DNA of 31,364 nucleotides from Octopus sinensis (Eukaryota): contig NW_021834759.1 of assembly GCF_006345805.1 (NCBI RefSeq), positions 1-31,364 on the forward strand, in the 5' to 3' direction. Both the position numbers and the translations under genes were made by a program. The notes under the pieces were generated by a model. The model was not told where the DNA came from and ran no database searches. It worked only from the letters and a program-made list of their open reading frames with translations. Positions 1 to 13,400 of the stretch are shown one piece after another; position 1 is the stretch's first letter, and each line of letters starts with the position of its first letter.

Positions 1-53
1 ACCTAATTTTAAGATGTCACACTTCAAGATGTCTGTCAGGATATGTTGTTTAG
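1..53 (+). CDS. Possible 3' end of an upstream exon of the same gene (truncated by window edge)
   Basis: Frame from base 2 is open (PNFKMSHFKMSVRICCL) and ends in phase 1 at TTAG|GTACGT, compatible with exon 1352. No acceptor is visible, so support is weak. Confidence 0.2.
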   Translation, partial: LILRCHTSRCLSGYVV

Positions 54-110
54 GTACGTACCCTGAATGTCTCTTTAGGTACGTACCCTGAATTATAAGA
101 AATTAACAAG

Positions 111-460
111 ATTAAAAATCAAATCTCTAAGATTATAAGTATAATGATCATTAACGTTGATTAAATATTAAATTTAGTATTGGACGGTGAACATATGTTT
201 GCATTTAAACAAAACATTGGTGTTGACATAAAAAATAAAGATAGGAATTAAATATGAGTTCCCTGTGTGACTTGATCTCACAAATCCTTGTTTGTAACTA
301 TATATAATATACACTTATTACATTGTTTGAACAACATTTACCATCCATATAGTCATTCTTTTTCTCACTCTTGTTAGATTTTAGATGATATTATTGCTAA
401 AAGAGGCACAGTTTTCTGAGTGTTTCACCCTTTGGTCTTGATTGTTGAGTTCAAATTATT
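111..460. repeat. ~350-bp direct duplication, copy 1 (copy 2 at ~2004-2358)
   Basis: Begins attaaaaatcaaatctctaagattataag at both 111 and 2004; about 95% identical by eye. Confidence 0.9.
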
Positions 461-1110
461 TAATGGAAGTTAGTCATTGTTATTTGACCAGGAAATGAAT
501 TAATCATTAGTATTTGGCAGTGGACTTGGTTATATCTTTCTTCGTTTGCTCATGGAACTACCATAATATTAGCTGTGCTGAGACACAATCATATTCATAG
601 TAATGAAGGTTATATGTTCTTTACTCAGATTATATACAATCTATATTGATATCTAATATTGCACCGTCAAGCACAGTGCCATTGTATCACATATATACCC
701 AATTATCATGATAATTAATAAGCTATAATTCATTAACTCTCTTACATTTGTATGTCTGAAATGTAAACATATTTTGTCATAGGAACATCGTGTACCCTCA
801 CCTAACATTTTATATCTTGTTAGGGATCATGTTGGGGAAGGGTGTATGGAATTTGGCTTGTGCAGATGTTTATTAGGGGACAGATTGTGTGCGGGGTGGA
901 GGGAATACACACAAAGGACATCTTTATGGCCTCGGTTTTACTTAATTAGAGAGGAATGTTCATTAGTGAATTCTAAAGATAAGAAGACAGTGCCATGCCA
1001 TAAATTTGGCATAGTTATAAGAGAAGAAAAACAAAGCTAAGAGAAAACTGTTATCAAGTTTTAATTAAATGAGATAATTGCAACATTGTTAGAATATTTA
1101 ATGTGTTTTT

Positions 1111-1132
1111 AGAGAGAGAGAGAGAGAGAGAG
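1111..1132. repeat. (AG)11 microsatellite
   Basis: Direct reading. Confidence 0.95.
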
Positions 1133-1351
1133 GGTGGATTTAGGAATGTTAGCCTGTTTTATTGTGGACATATTGGGCTATTACATGGGACCACTGTAGA
1201 AAGTACAGAAATATTGACCAAAACCATAATGGTCAACAGTTGACCAGTAACAACAGGAATTGAATGTCTCACAATAACAAAATAGAGTTTAAAAAAATAA
1301 AGATACAGACATTTTATTTTTAAATGTAAAACTTGGAAATATTTATTTCAG

Positions 1352-1429
1352 AGGCTCCAAAGTTTGAAGACAGGTGTGTACAAAGAGAGGCTACATGTCA
1401 GGAATTAGGGGCTGCATCTCAGGCAATTG
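1352..1429 (+). CDS. Exon A (78 nt, phase 1-1): EAPKFEDRCVQREATCQELGAASQAI
   Basis: Acceptor acttggaaatatttatttcag, donor G|gtgagtataaaat, both shared with the other module exons; open frame. Confidence 0.75.
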
Positions 1430-4400
1430 GTGAGTATAAAATAATAGTTCCCAATTGATTTCTGTAAGGTTTACTTCCCCCGAGTATATTGTGCTTGAAA
1501 GAATAACTGAAAACAGCTTCCATTCCTATTTTCCAATTGAACGATTATCTGTATAATAATTGAATTAAAGATATCGATTTACTGTGAGTTTATGAAATAC
1601 CCATTGAGGTTAATGCTGTTGGTAATAATGTTCAAATTAGAAGACACAATAGAGTTAATTTTGTCATTTGGTCACGGAACTCATCATCATCATCATCATC
1701 ATCATCGTTTAACGTCCGTTTTTATAGTAGCATGGGTCGGACGATTTCACTGGCAAGGCAGTAGGTTGCGCCAGGCTCCACTGTGATCTGGCAAAGTTTC
1801 CACATATGTATGCCATTCCTAATGCCAACCACTCCGAGAGTGTGGTGGGTGCTTTTTACGTGCCACCGACACAGGAGCCAGTTGAGGGGGGGGGCTGGCA
1901 TCGACCACGTTCGGATGGTGCTTTTTATTTTCCCCCGGCACAGGGAACCAGTCAGGCGGAACTTGCAACAAACCACTGAATAACATTGTTACAAATTAAA
2001 AGAATTAAAAATCAAATCTCTAAGATTATAAGTATAATGATCATTAACGTTGATTAAATATTAAATTTAGCATTGAACGGTGAACATCTGTTTGCATTTA
2101 AACAAAACATTGGTGTTGACATAAAATATAAAGATAGGAATTAAATATGAGTTCCCTATGTGACTTGATCTCTCAAATCCTTCTTTGTAACCATATATAA
2201 TATACACTTATTATATTGTTTGAACATTTACCATTCATATGGTCATTCTTTTTCTCACTCTTGTTAGATTTTAGATGATATTAATGCTAAAAGAGGCACA
2301 GTTTTCTGAGTGTTTCACCTCTGGTTTTAGTTCTGACTTGATTGTTGCATTCAAATTTGACTACTCCCACAGGTTTAACGTCTTGTTCCCTTCTACTTGG
2401 ATCTCCTGACACTTCTTTATCTAACTTTTATCTTCCATACTCCTCCCATATCTCTACATCTCCTCTCTTGTGCACTAAATCTTCTAAACTCTAGTTTTGC
2501 TTCCAGCTCATCTCTGCTCCGGGACTTCAGCACATTAATATTACACTTCTTCTGAAGTATGCTCACTTCATTTCTTAACAGTTTTCATACATCCTCTATA
2601 CATCCTCTATACTCTGTATTTACAAATACACATCAAGGTTCACCAAGGATCAGTCCTCAGCCCCCTCCTATTGATTATAGTCCTCCAGACAATAAAAGAG
2701 GAATTCAAGACACTCTGCCCCTGGGAGCCTCTTTATGGTGATGACCTTGCTCTTATAGACAAGTCACTGCCAGAATTGGAAACTAAGTTTAGCGTCTGAA
2801 AGCAAGGTCTAGAATCGAAGGGCCTTAGGGTTAACCTAGTCAAAACCAAAGTCCTAGTTAGTAGGAAGGCTGTCAAATCACAACCCCTTTCAGGTAGATG
2901 GCCCTGCTCTATCTGTAGAAATGGAGAGGGTAGAAACTCCACACGATGTAACCGGAGGAAGCTATGGACACATAAAAGGTGCAGCAATATCAAAGAAAGT
3001 TAACCGGGAAAATAGTTTTTGTGTGTGGCAGATGCTCTGGGGCAATAAACACTGAAGGTGTACAGAAAACAGATTCCATCACATGCCAGGGGAAGAAACT
3101 AGAAGTAGTTAATAGCTTCTGTTACCTAGGGGATCAAGTCTGTAGTGAGTGTGATTGCTCTGCGTGTATAGCGACTAGAGTAAGAATAGCCTGGGCAAAG
3201 TTGAGGGAGCTCCTACCTCTGCTGGCAACTAAAGGTCTATCACTCAGGGTGAAAGGTAGACTGCATGATGCATGTGTGCGAACAGCCATGTTACAGGGCA
3301 GGGAAACATGGGCCATGGATGCTGAGAACATGCGTAGGCTTGAAAGAGATGAAGTTAGTATGATTCGCTGGATGTGTAATGTCAGTGTGCAATCACGACA
3401 AAGTTGGGCATAAGAAGCATCAAATGTGGTGTGCAAGAGAGGCGACTGTGCTGGTATGGTCATGTGTTACGTATGAATGAAGACAGCTGTGTGATGAAGT
3501 GCCACTCCCTCACTGTAGAAGGAACCTGTAGAAGAGGTAGACCCAGGAAGACATGGGATGAGGTGATGAAGTATGACCTTCAAACATTGGCCTCACAATG
3601 GCAATAACAGGACACCGGGATCTTGGGAGATACGCTGTGATTGAGAAAACCCAGCAACTAAGGTGAGATTTCAGCCACGCATACCCAGCCCTGTTGACAA
3701 TACTCCTAATGCGTCGCCCGTTATGATATGCTTGAGAAGATATGTTGAGTCAAAACCAATAGTGTAGCTGTGGCCGGTGCCCCCTGTCTGGCCCCCGTGC
3801 CGATGGCACGTAAAAAGCACCAACCAAACCTGACTGATGACAGTAGCCCTTGATTGGCTCCTATGCTGTTGACACGTAAAAGGCACCCACCACACTCTCT
3901 GAGTGGTTGGTGTTAGGAAGGGCATCCAGCTGTAGAAATTCTGGCAGACCAGATTGGAGCCTGGCGCAGCCTTTTGGCTTCCCAGACCCCGGTTGAACCG
4001 TCCAACCCACGCCAGCATGGAAAATCCATACTTTCAATTTGTGATGTTTGAGAGTCCTTTCAGAAATTCGAAAAAAGGTTGCTCTGACAGGATCGTATGA
4101 AGGAGATGCCTGAGGACATTACCCCTACAACGCTCCTATGAATAGAGGGCAGAGGAAATGGATGGATGGATGGATGAAATTGTTTAACTGTTGGTGGTCT
4201 TTGTTCATTCTTTATTGACACATTCTTCTCCATCTTCAGCCTTTACTTCAAAGTGTTTGTTATTTCTGTCAGCATCTTTAGAAATAGAAAAATAGTGTTT
4301 TGTAGTTTCCTTATTTCTTAAGTATTTCTCATTCGTCTATTCACATAATTTCTTTGTTATACAAATATAACCATCCTACCGAAGCTGTAGACCAGAGTTT

Positions 4401-7400
4401 CCAGATTCTGTACAAAGGCTTTACAAGTTGTGATGCAGCGAAACATACACTTTGAACGTCCAGGGAAGCTCTTGATGAAACTGAATGAAACTTGAATGTC
4501 TGATCATGAGACGTAAAGTAAATTTCTTGTAAATGTTGCAGTTCTTTAGCCCCCGAGTCTACATTCAATAAACAGAAACCTTTGATGAAATGCCTTCCAT
4601 CCAGGACCATCCAGTCTTTTCTCTAGGTATAGTCAATCCAGAACCACATTGACTAATGCGTACTTCAATAAGATGATAAGTTGTGAACTGAGTAGGTTTT
4701 GGCTACTAATTCTAGCAGATCTCCCTCCTACATGGAAATCCCTTTCTTAGTTTGTCTCCCTTGTTAGAGATTAACTGCGAAAATAACGATACACTTTGAA
4801 ATTTCATTTGTTGATGTTGTTGTTGTTCTCGCTAAACACTTCCTCTGCTGTATAGACAAAATCAAAACCATGTGAATTTCTTCCAAAAATGAAATGTGTA
4901 ATTCCATTTTGTAAAGCTTGCTTAAAAACATATTTTGCTTTCAAGTAGAACCATCTTGTAGACACAATTGTCAATAAATATATTGTTTCCATTTCTCGCA
5001 GCCAATATTTTTACATTAGGAGTATTCCGTATGAATTCAAACAAAATTTAAAAGGAAGAGACTTTTCACTTGACAGACTCAGATGGGTTTTGGTAATACC
5101 TCTATATGCATAAGGAACACATGTATAATTTTAGTGTTCAACCACTAAGGGTTTCAATGATATGCCCTACAAAACATTGGGGGCCACACCCCTCGTGGAG
5201 CGCGAATGTCAATTTATACGATTTTGGTACTGAACGCTTTTAAAACTATTCATATTTGTCTGAAATTGGCTACAGCGTGTAATCTGCAATCAGATCGGCC
5301 AGAATCTGCTATCAGAATTCCTCTATTATCTTCCTCCATATTAACGGTATTGGCCTTTCAAATAAGAACATTTTCATGGGCAGAAAGTTTTTAAAATATC
5401 AATATTCAAGGGACCCCATTGGGACATGATGTAATACAAGAAAACGTGTGGTGCGTTTTTTCGCTTTCAGGATTGATCTGTCCATGGTAAGCATACTGAT
5501 AATGCTCAAGGCATAATATAGCATTTAGAGGCTCCTGAAAATGGCTCAGGGTGAAAAAATAACATTGTTGACAATTTTCGATTCCTACACTTCACCATCT
5601 GAACAATTAAACAAGGAAATGTAACTTGGACTCCAGGAAAGCATTTATCCAAACTTTATTCGTTCAAACATTCAATTTATTTTCTCATCTCCTCCTCGGT
5701 TGTTCATTCACTTTCCAAATGATATGGAAAATAATTGGATCAAGTCCGATGGTGCGCATATGGTGCCCTCTAATAGATTCATGCATACACACACCTTCAT
5801 TATTTGTAATGAATTTCATGCCCCCTAGTGACATTCACCCGCACACTTTTGGTGTGTATGCGCAATAGTCCTCTAAATCCAAAATATTGACACCCATCAA
5901 TACAGAAATGTATGGTAAGCATTTTGCATTCTATTTTACTCCGTATTTTGGCGACATTGAATATAAATTTCGAAGAGGCACCAATGCGCATTCGTTAACC
6001 TTTGTGCCAGTAATTTGGTCACGGAAATAATTTACTGGAACCTTTGATGTAAGTGATCATATGGTGCGGAAATCACAGCAACTGAGCAAAGAAGAGGCTA
6101 TTTTGGTTCATCCTGACCCAAGGAAAGGTACGTCCCGGGACGTCAGAATCGAAGGAATATTCACGTGTTTGTGCAGCTAAAAAGGAAATTGCTACTGTAA
6201 TTGAGAACGGATTAAAAGTCCACCGACTAAAATAGCCATTGCTTGTGAATCTTCAGAAATAGTTTTGTGTGGATTACAAGGAAAACGCTGGATATAATAA
6301 GGTAGATTTTTGTAAGTTTTATGAATTGCAACTGAAATGAACGGATAATACAATTGTATGAGTCGGAGGAATATTCGCTTCTTTGTGACTTGCAACCAAA
6401 ATGGTCTCTTCCGTGAGCAATCGAGATTGTATGTTGCTCCTATGTGAGTCCTGTCCTTTTGAACAACGTTTATTAGACGTATTTTATTCACTTGGAGGTT
6501 TAGTAACGCACAAACAGTTGGCACATGTGTACTGGTCAGCTCCTCCTTTATGACTCACTTCCCCAGTGAATGCCTTCATTCAAACCGCTGAAAGTGTGTT
6601 TGAATCTCTACAACAACATCATTTCATAGCAGAGGCCCGATCTTATTTCCTTAATCATCAAAAAGATGACCTGACATCAAGTGAAGCAATAGTATTGTTG
6701 GACTTCACAGAATAAAATTATAGCTTTGTAGTACAGGACGCCCTGCAAGGGTTTCATCGGAACAAATTCCAGGAAAATATTCATCCATTCACGATCTACT
6801 ATAAGACTGGTTCACACCCACAATGCACTTCAATCTGTGTCATATCTGATTGTTTGAAACATGACTACAGCACAGTGCATGCTTTTATTACGAGGGTGAT
6901 ATCGCATATAAAGACAGACCTTCCATTCATAAACCATCTCCTGTACTTCAGTGACGGTGCAGCCGACCAATACAAGAACTAGAGACACCAAACAAATCTC
7001 TGTCATCATCAGAATAATCAAGGACTTGCAGTAGAGTGGCATTTTTCTCCATGTCATGTGCAAAAAAGTCAGCAAGTAGCCACAGAAAGACATTTTCTCA
7101 CGGATTCCAAGGTGTGTAGCTGAGTATGTGCAAGCATTCCAGGAATAATGTTCTTTTACGTCTGAAACGAAAACAGTAGAACAGTGAAATTAATTGGCAC
7201 AAGATCCCATCACTGCTTCATTCTTTCTTCAAGATCTGATCTTCTAATGAAAAGAATATCAGCCGATGACAATTTCACTCTTTTAGGTGAGGAGCAGCCA
7301 GCATCTGAGCTGCATATTTCAAAGTTACAATCCTGAAAATATGTTGGATACACGAATGAAAATGTTTAACAAGGAGATCAAGTGAGCAGGTTTATACTAC

Positions 7401-10400
7401 GTGAAGTGTCTGTCATGTGTTTATGGTAAGATCATTGATGACCAAACTGGTTGCCATCGGAATTAAGCAAAGATGAGAATAATGTTGGTTAGAGAAGGGC
7501 AGAAGTGAGGGCACAATTTCACGTCATATGTTTAGTGCAGATATAAGAAAGGAAAGACAAACCTAATAAAAGATTGGTGTTATCAAGTGATAATTAAATG
7601 AAATAATGACACAGTTGTTAGATTATGTCGAATGTCTCAAGAGATAAAGGAAATTTTGGAAGGCAGTGTAAATATTGAACTATGACAGGGTAATCCTGTT
7701 CAAACTATAAACATTCTAACCAAAACCATTGTCTTCAACAGTTGATTATCTATGAAAGGAATCCCTGATGTAAAATATAGATTATTAATAAAGATGGAGA
7801 AATTTTTCTATAATGTTTGAAACTTGGAAATATTTATTTCAGTGAATCGAACATTTGAAGTCAAGGAAACACAGACATTGGCTGAACCTGTAGGTGAGTA
7901 TAAAATAACAGCACTTGATTGATTTCTGTAAGGTTTATCCCCTGCTGAACTATTTTGATATCAGAATGATAAAGATCAGCTTCCATTCTTACCTGTCAAT
8001 GGGAAGTTTTAGCATTAAACTAATCATATTAAACATATCGATACTATTGACATTTCATAAAGTATCCAATCAGGTTAGCATGTTTTGGTGAATGGATAAT
8101 TAGAAGCGAAATAGATTTCAGGTTCTCTTTTGGAACAGCCAAATAATATATGTTGTGGTTTAACAGGTGAGGTAATGACAAAGGTTTTGTTTGTTTTATA
8201 CTCTTTAACTCGTTTCAGACTGTCTCCATGCTGGAGCAACACCTTTTTAGTCGAGCAAATCGACCCTAGGACTTATTCTTTGTAAGCCTAGTATTTATTC
8301 TATCGGACTCTTTAGCCAAACCGATGCATTACCTAGACGGAAACACACCAGCACCAGTTGTCAAGCAATGTTGGGAGGACAAACACATACACACATACAT
8401 ACATACATACATACATACATACATACATACATACATACGACGGGCTTCTTTCAGTTCCTGTCTACCAAAGCAATTCACAAGGCTTTGGTTGGCTCGAAGA
8501 TATAGAAGACACTTGCCCAAGGTGCCACACAGTGGGACTGAACCCAGAACCATTTAGTTCGTAAGCAAGCTACTTACCACACAGCCACTCCTACGCCTGT
8601 ATTTTTAAAATGTTTACTGACAAGATATTCTTGTTATTTTAGCTGATGTCTCTTATAATGTGGCAGACTTACAATGAAACGAGTTCCAAATATGACCACC
8701 CTCTTATTTTTCACTGATAATAAATCTATCATTGCATCCAGTAAACATTGTCTTTATTCAAGTGGAAGACGTTGGTTTGCTGCTCAGAAAACCGTTGTCT
8801 CTTTCCCTTTCTTCAAACTTCATAGAGGCTGTATGATACAATACAATCAAATACATTCAAAGAGACATGGGACGGGTTGAAAGAAGAAAGGATAGTGAAC
8901 ACTTTAGATAGCAGCTCCTTAAGAACCCTGCTTACGGTGCTAGGATTCTTTTTGCAGCCGCTAAGAGCAGCAGATTATAACGAAATAAAGATGAAGTGAG
9001 CAAGAATATACAGGAGCTATAAGAGGACCCTGTGTTTCTTGGTTACAAGACCACATCCATACGAACCGTGATTATAGTCCCTATGTTTCAGTAAGTTTTG
9101 ATGGTATTGTATTTTTGCTTCATTTCATAGGAAACACTATGTTGTCGAACATTTCTGTATACGTATTTGACACTAATTAGATGTATTTTATAAAGCATTT
9201 TCGTCCCCTCAGATTTCATTGAACTGAGTTCTCAGCCCCTTCAGAGGCACCGCATTGATTAAGGAGACATCAAAGGAGAGACGGAAGTTTGGTTGATATA
9301 TAGAAGAGGTTGTCAGAAATATCCTAGAGTTTTCAGAATCACTTCCATTCTACCCACCACTTAAGTGGTGTGTGTAATGTGTTTATGGTTAGATCATGGA
9401 TAACCAAACTGGTTGCCATTGGAATTAAGCAAAGATGAGAATAATGTTGGTTAGAGAAGGGCAGAAGTGAGGGCACAATTTCACGTCATATGTTCAGTGC
9501 AGATATAAGAAAGGAAAGACAAACCTAATAAAAGATTGGTGTTATCAAGGGATAATTAAATGAAATAATGACACAGTTGTTAGATTATGTCGAATGTCTC
9601 AAAAGATAAAGGAAATTTTGGAAAGCAGTGTAAATATTAAACTATTACATGGTAATCCTGTTGAAACTATAAACATTCTAACCAAAACCTTTGTCTTCAG
9701 CAGTTGATCATCAATGAAAGGAAAACCTGATATAAAATATAGATTATTAGTAAAGATAGAGAAATTTTTTTTAAATGTTTAAAACTTGGAAATATTCATT
9801 TCAGTGAATCGAACATTTGAAGTCAAGGAAACACAGACATTGGCTGAACCTGTTGGTGAGTATAAAATAACAGCACTTGATTGATTCCTGTAAGGTTTAT
9901 CCCCTGCTGAACTATTTTGATATCAGAATGATAAAGATCAGCTTCCATTCTTACCTTTCAATGGGATGTTTTAGCATTAAACTAATCATATTAAACATAT
10001 CGATACTATTGACATTTCATAAAGTATCCAATCAGGTTAGCACGGTTGGTGAAATGGATAAATTAGAAGCAAAATAGATTTCAGGTTCTCTTTTGGAGCA
10101 GCCAAATAATATATGTTGTGGTTTAACAGGTGAGGTAATGACAAAGGTTTTGTTTGTTTTATACTCTTTAACTCGGTTCAGTCATTTGACTGTCTCCATG
10201 CTGGAGCAACACCTTTTTAGTCGAGCAAATCGACCCTAGGACTTATTCTTTGTAAGCCTAGTACTTATTCTATCGGTCTCTTTAGCCAAACCGATGCATT
10301 ACCTAGACGGAAACACACCAGCACCGGTTGTCAAGCAATGTTGGGAGGACAAACACATACACACATACATACATACATACATACATACATACATACATAC

Positions 10401-13400
10401 ATACATACATACATACATACATACATACATACATACGACGGGCTTCTTTCAGTTCCTGTCTACCAAAGCAACTTACAAGGCTTTGGTTGGCTCGAAGATA
10501 TAGAAGACACTTGCCCAAGGTGCCACACAGTGGTACTGAACCCGGAACCATCTGTTTCGTAAGCAAGCTACTTACCACACAGCCACTCCTATGCCTGTAT
10601 TTTAAAAATGTTTACTGACAAGATATTCTTGTTATTTTAGCTGATGTCGCTCATAATCTGACAGACTTACAATGAAATGCGTTCCAAATATGACCACCCT
10701 CTTATTTTTCACTGATAATAAATCTATCATTGCATCCAGTAAACATTGTCTTTATTCAAGTGGAAGACGTTGGTTTGCTGCTCAGAAAACCGTTGTCTCT
10801 TTCCCTTTCTTCAAACTTCATAGAGGCTGTATGATACAATACAATCAAATACATTCAAAGAGACATCGGACGGGTTGAAAGAAGAAAGGATAGTGAACAC
10901 CTTAGATAAAAGCTCCTTAAGAACCCTTCTGATGGTACTAGGATATTTTTGCCGATGTTAAGTGGGGGAGATTATAATGCACTAAAGATGAAGTGAACAA
11001 GAATATACGGGAGCTATAAGAGGACCCTGTGTTTCTTGGTTACAAGACCACATCCATACGAACCGTGATTATAGTCCCTATGTTTCAGTATGTTTTGATG
11101 GTATTGTGTTTTCGATTCATTTCATAGGAAACACTATGTTGTGGAACATTTCTGTATACGTATTTGACACTAATTAGATGTATTTTATAAAACATTTTAG
11201 AAACATTTTCAATTAGTTGACGTCAATGATCATTAGTGACAAATGTGGTAAAACAGTGATGGTGGAATGGGGTATGAGCAGGGTTTCATATTCCTTGTAA
11301 TGTTGTTAACTACAACATCAGGACGACCGTTTTCTGTCAGGTAAATATTTCTACAGAGGTGTCCATTTTGTCCCCTCAGATTTGATTGAACTGAGTTTTC
11401 AGCCACTTCAGAGGCACCGCATTGATTAAGGGGACATCAAAGGAGAGACGAATGTTTGGTTGATATATAGAAGAGGGTTGTCAGAAATATCCTAGAGTCT
11501 TCAGAATCACTTCCATTCTACCACTTAAAGTGGTGTGTGTAATGTGTTTATGGTTAGATCATGGATAACCAAACTGGTTGCCATTGGAATTAAGCAAAGC
11601 TGAGAATAATGTTGGTTAGAGAAGGGCAGAAGTGAGGGCACAATTTCAAGTCATATGTTTAGTGCAGATATAAGAAAGGAAAGACAAACCTAATAAAAGA
11701 TTGGTGTTATCAAGTGATAATTAAATGAAATAATGACACAGTTGTTAGATTATGTCGAATGTCTCAAAAGATAAAGGAAATTTTGGAAGGCAGTGTAAAT
11801 ATTGAACTATTACAGGGTAATCCTGTTGAAACTATAAACATTCTAACCAAAACCATTGTCTTCAACAGTTGATTATCTATGAAAGAAATCTCTGATATAA
11901 AATATAGATTATTAATAAAGATAGAGAAATTTTTCTATAATGTTTAAAACTTGGAAATATTCATTTCAGTGAATCGAACATTTGAAGTCAAGGAAACACA
12001 GACATTGGCTGAACCTGTTGGTGAGTATAAAATAACAGCACTTGATTGATTCCTCTAAGGTTTATCCCCTGCTGAACTATTTTGATATCAGAATGATAAA
12101 GATCAGCTTCCATTCTTACCTTTCAATGGGAAGTTTTAGCATTAAACTAATCATATTAAACATATCGATACTATTGACGTTTCATAAAGTATCCAATCAG
12201 GTTAGCACGGTTGGTGAAATGGATAAATTAGAAGCAAAATAGATTTCAGGTTCTCTTTTGGAGCAGCCAAATAATATATGTTGTGGTTTAACAGGTGAGG
12301 TAATGACAAAGGTTTTGTTTGTTTTATACTCTTTTACTCGGTTCAGTCATTTGACTGTCACCATGCTGGAGCACCACCTTTTTAGTCGAGCAAATTGACC
12401 CTAGGACTTATTCTTTGTATGCCTAGTACTTATTCTATCTGTCTCTTTAGCCAAACTGCTATGGTACGGGGACGGAAACACACCAGCACCGGTTGTCAAG
12501 CAATGTTGGGAGGACAAACACATACACACATACATACATATATACATACATACATACATACATACATACATACATACGACGGGCTTTGGTTGGTTCGAGG
12601 CTATAGTAGAAGACACTTGCCCAAGGTGCCGCACAGTGGGACTGAACCCAGAACCATCTGTTTCGTAAGCAAGCTACTTACCACACAGCCACTCCTACGC
12701 CTGTATTTTTAAAATGTTTACTGACAAGATATTCTTGTTATTTTAGCTGATGTCTCTTATAATGTGGCAGACTTACAATGAAACGAGTTCCAAATATGAC
12801 CACCCTCTTATTTTTCACTGATAATAAATCTATCATTGCATCCAGTAAACATTGTTGTCTTTATTCAGTGGAAGACGTTGGTTTGCTGCTCAGAAAACCG
12901 TTGTCTCTTTCCCTTTCTTCAAACTTCATAGAGGCTGTATGATACAATACAATCAAATACATTCAAAGAGACCTCGGACGGGTTGAAAGAGAAAGGAAGT
13001 TATATGACTGAAAATATCCAGAAGACTAGAATCCGGAGAATGTCTGTGTGTGTAGAACATGTATTTTAAATCTGGGATACCATATAAAAAGCAAAGAAGA
13101 ATAAAAGGATTCGGATGTAGTATGGCTTGATCTGGCTAATGCTTATTGTTCTGTACCACACACATGGTTGATGGAAACAAGGAATTTCTTTCATAAATGG
13201 GAGGAGATTAAGGATCTGATGATGAGATGCTATAACAGTTTCAAAAATGTTTTCATAGATATGAATTTCACAAAAACTGCCAGGTTCTGGATCTGGAATA
13301 ACTGTAGGTTGCACAATATCAGTTGGTTGGTGATCTTTATAGTTATGCTACTTAGATTAACAGAATGTCCAGAAGAAATTGCTCAACGGAAAGATATTCA

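Larger units (their letters stand above)
7404..9362 (+). repeat. Exon module B1 (~1.96-kb tandem unit)
   Basis: Near-identical to 9363-11527 and 11528-~12995; contains an exon, a SINE and a LINE relic. Confidence 0.92.
9363..11527 (+). repeat. Exon module B2 (~2.17 kb)
   Basis: Tandem copy; has a ~180-bp segment (~11200-11390) absent from B1. Confidence 0.92.
11528..12995 (+). repeat. Exon module B3 (homology to B1/B2 ends ~12995)
   Basis: Tandem copy. Confidence 0.9.

Noticed and set aside
1592-1786. Poly-His ORF
   Set aside because: Translation of the (CAT)n retroelement tail.
4804-4992. ITHFIFGRNSHG resembling the ATP sulfurylase THFIVGRDHAG motif
   Set aside because: Single short motif in a 62-aa ORF flanked by stops; no other sulfurylase motifs; lies in repeat debris.
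7234-7286. Extra exon (ttcaag|...ttttag|gtgagg)
   Set aside because: 53 nt, not symmetric, has a stop in phase 1, and lacks the module flanks.
7843-12020. N-R-T glycosylation sequons in B exons
   Set aside because: No transmembrane segment between them and the presumably cytosolic Death domain.
8324-12712. HTYI/MYVC repeat ORFs
   Set aside because: Translations of (CATA)n inside SINEs.
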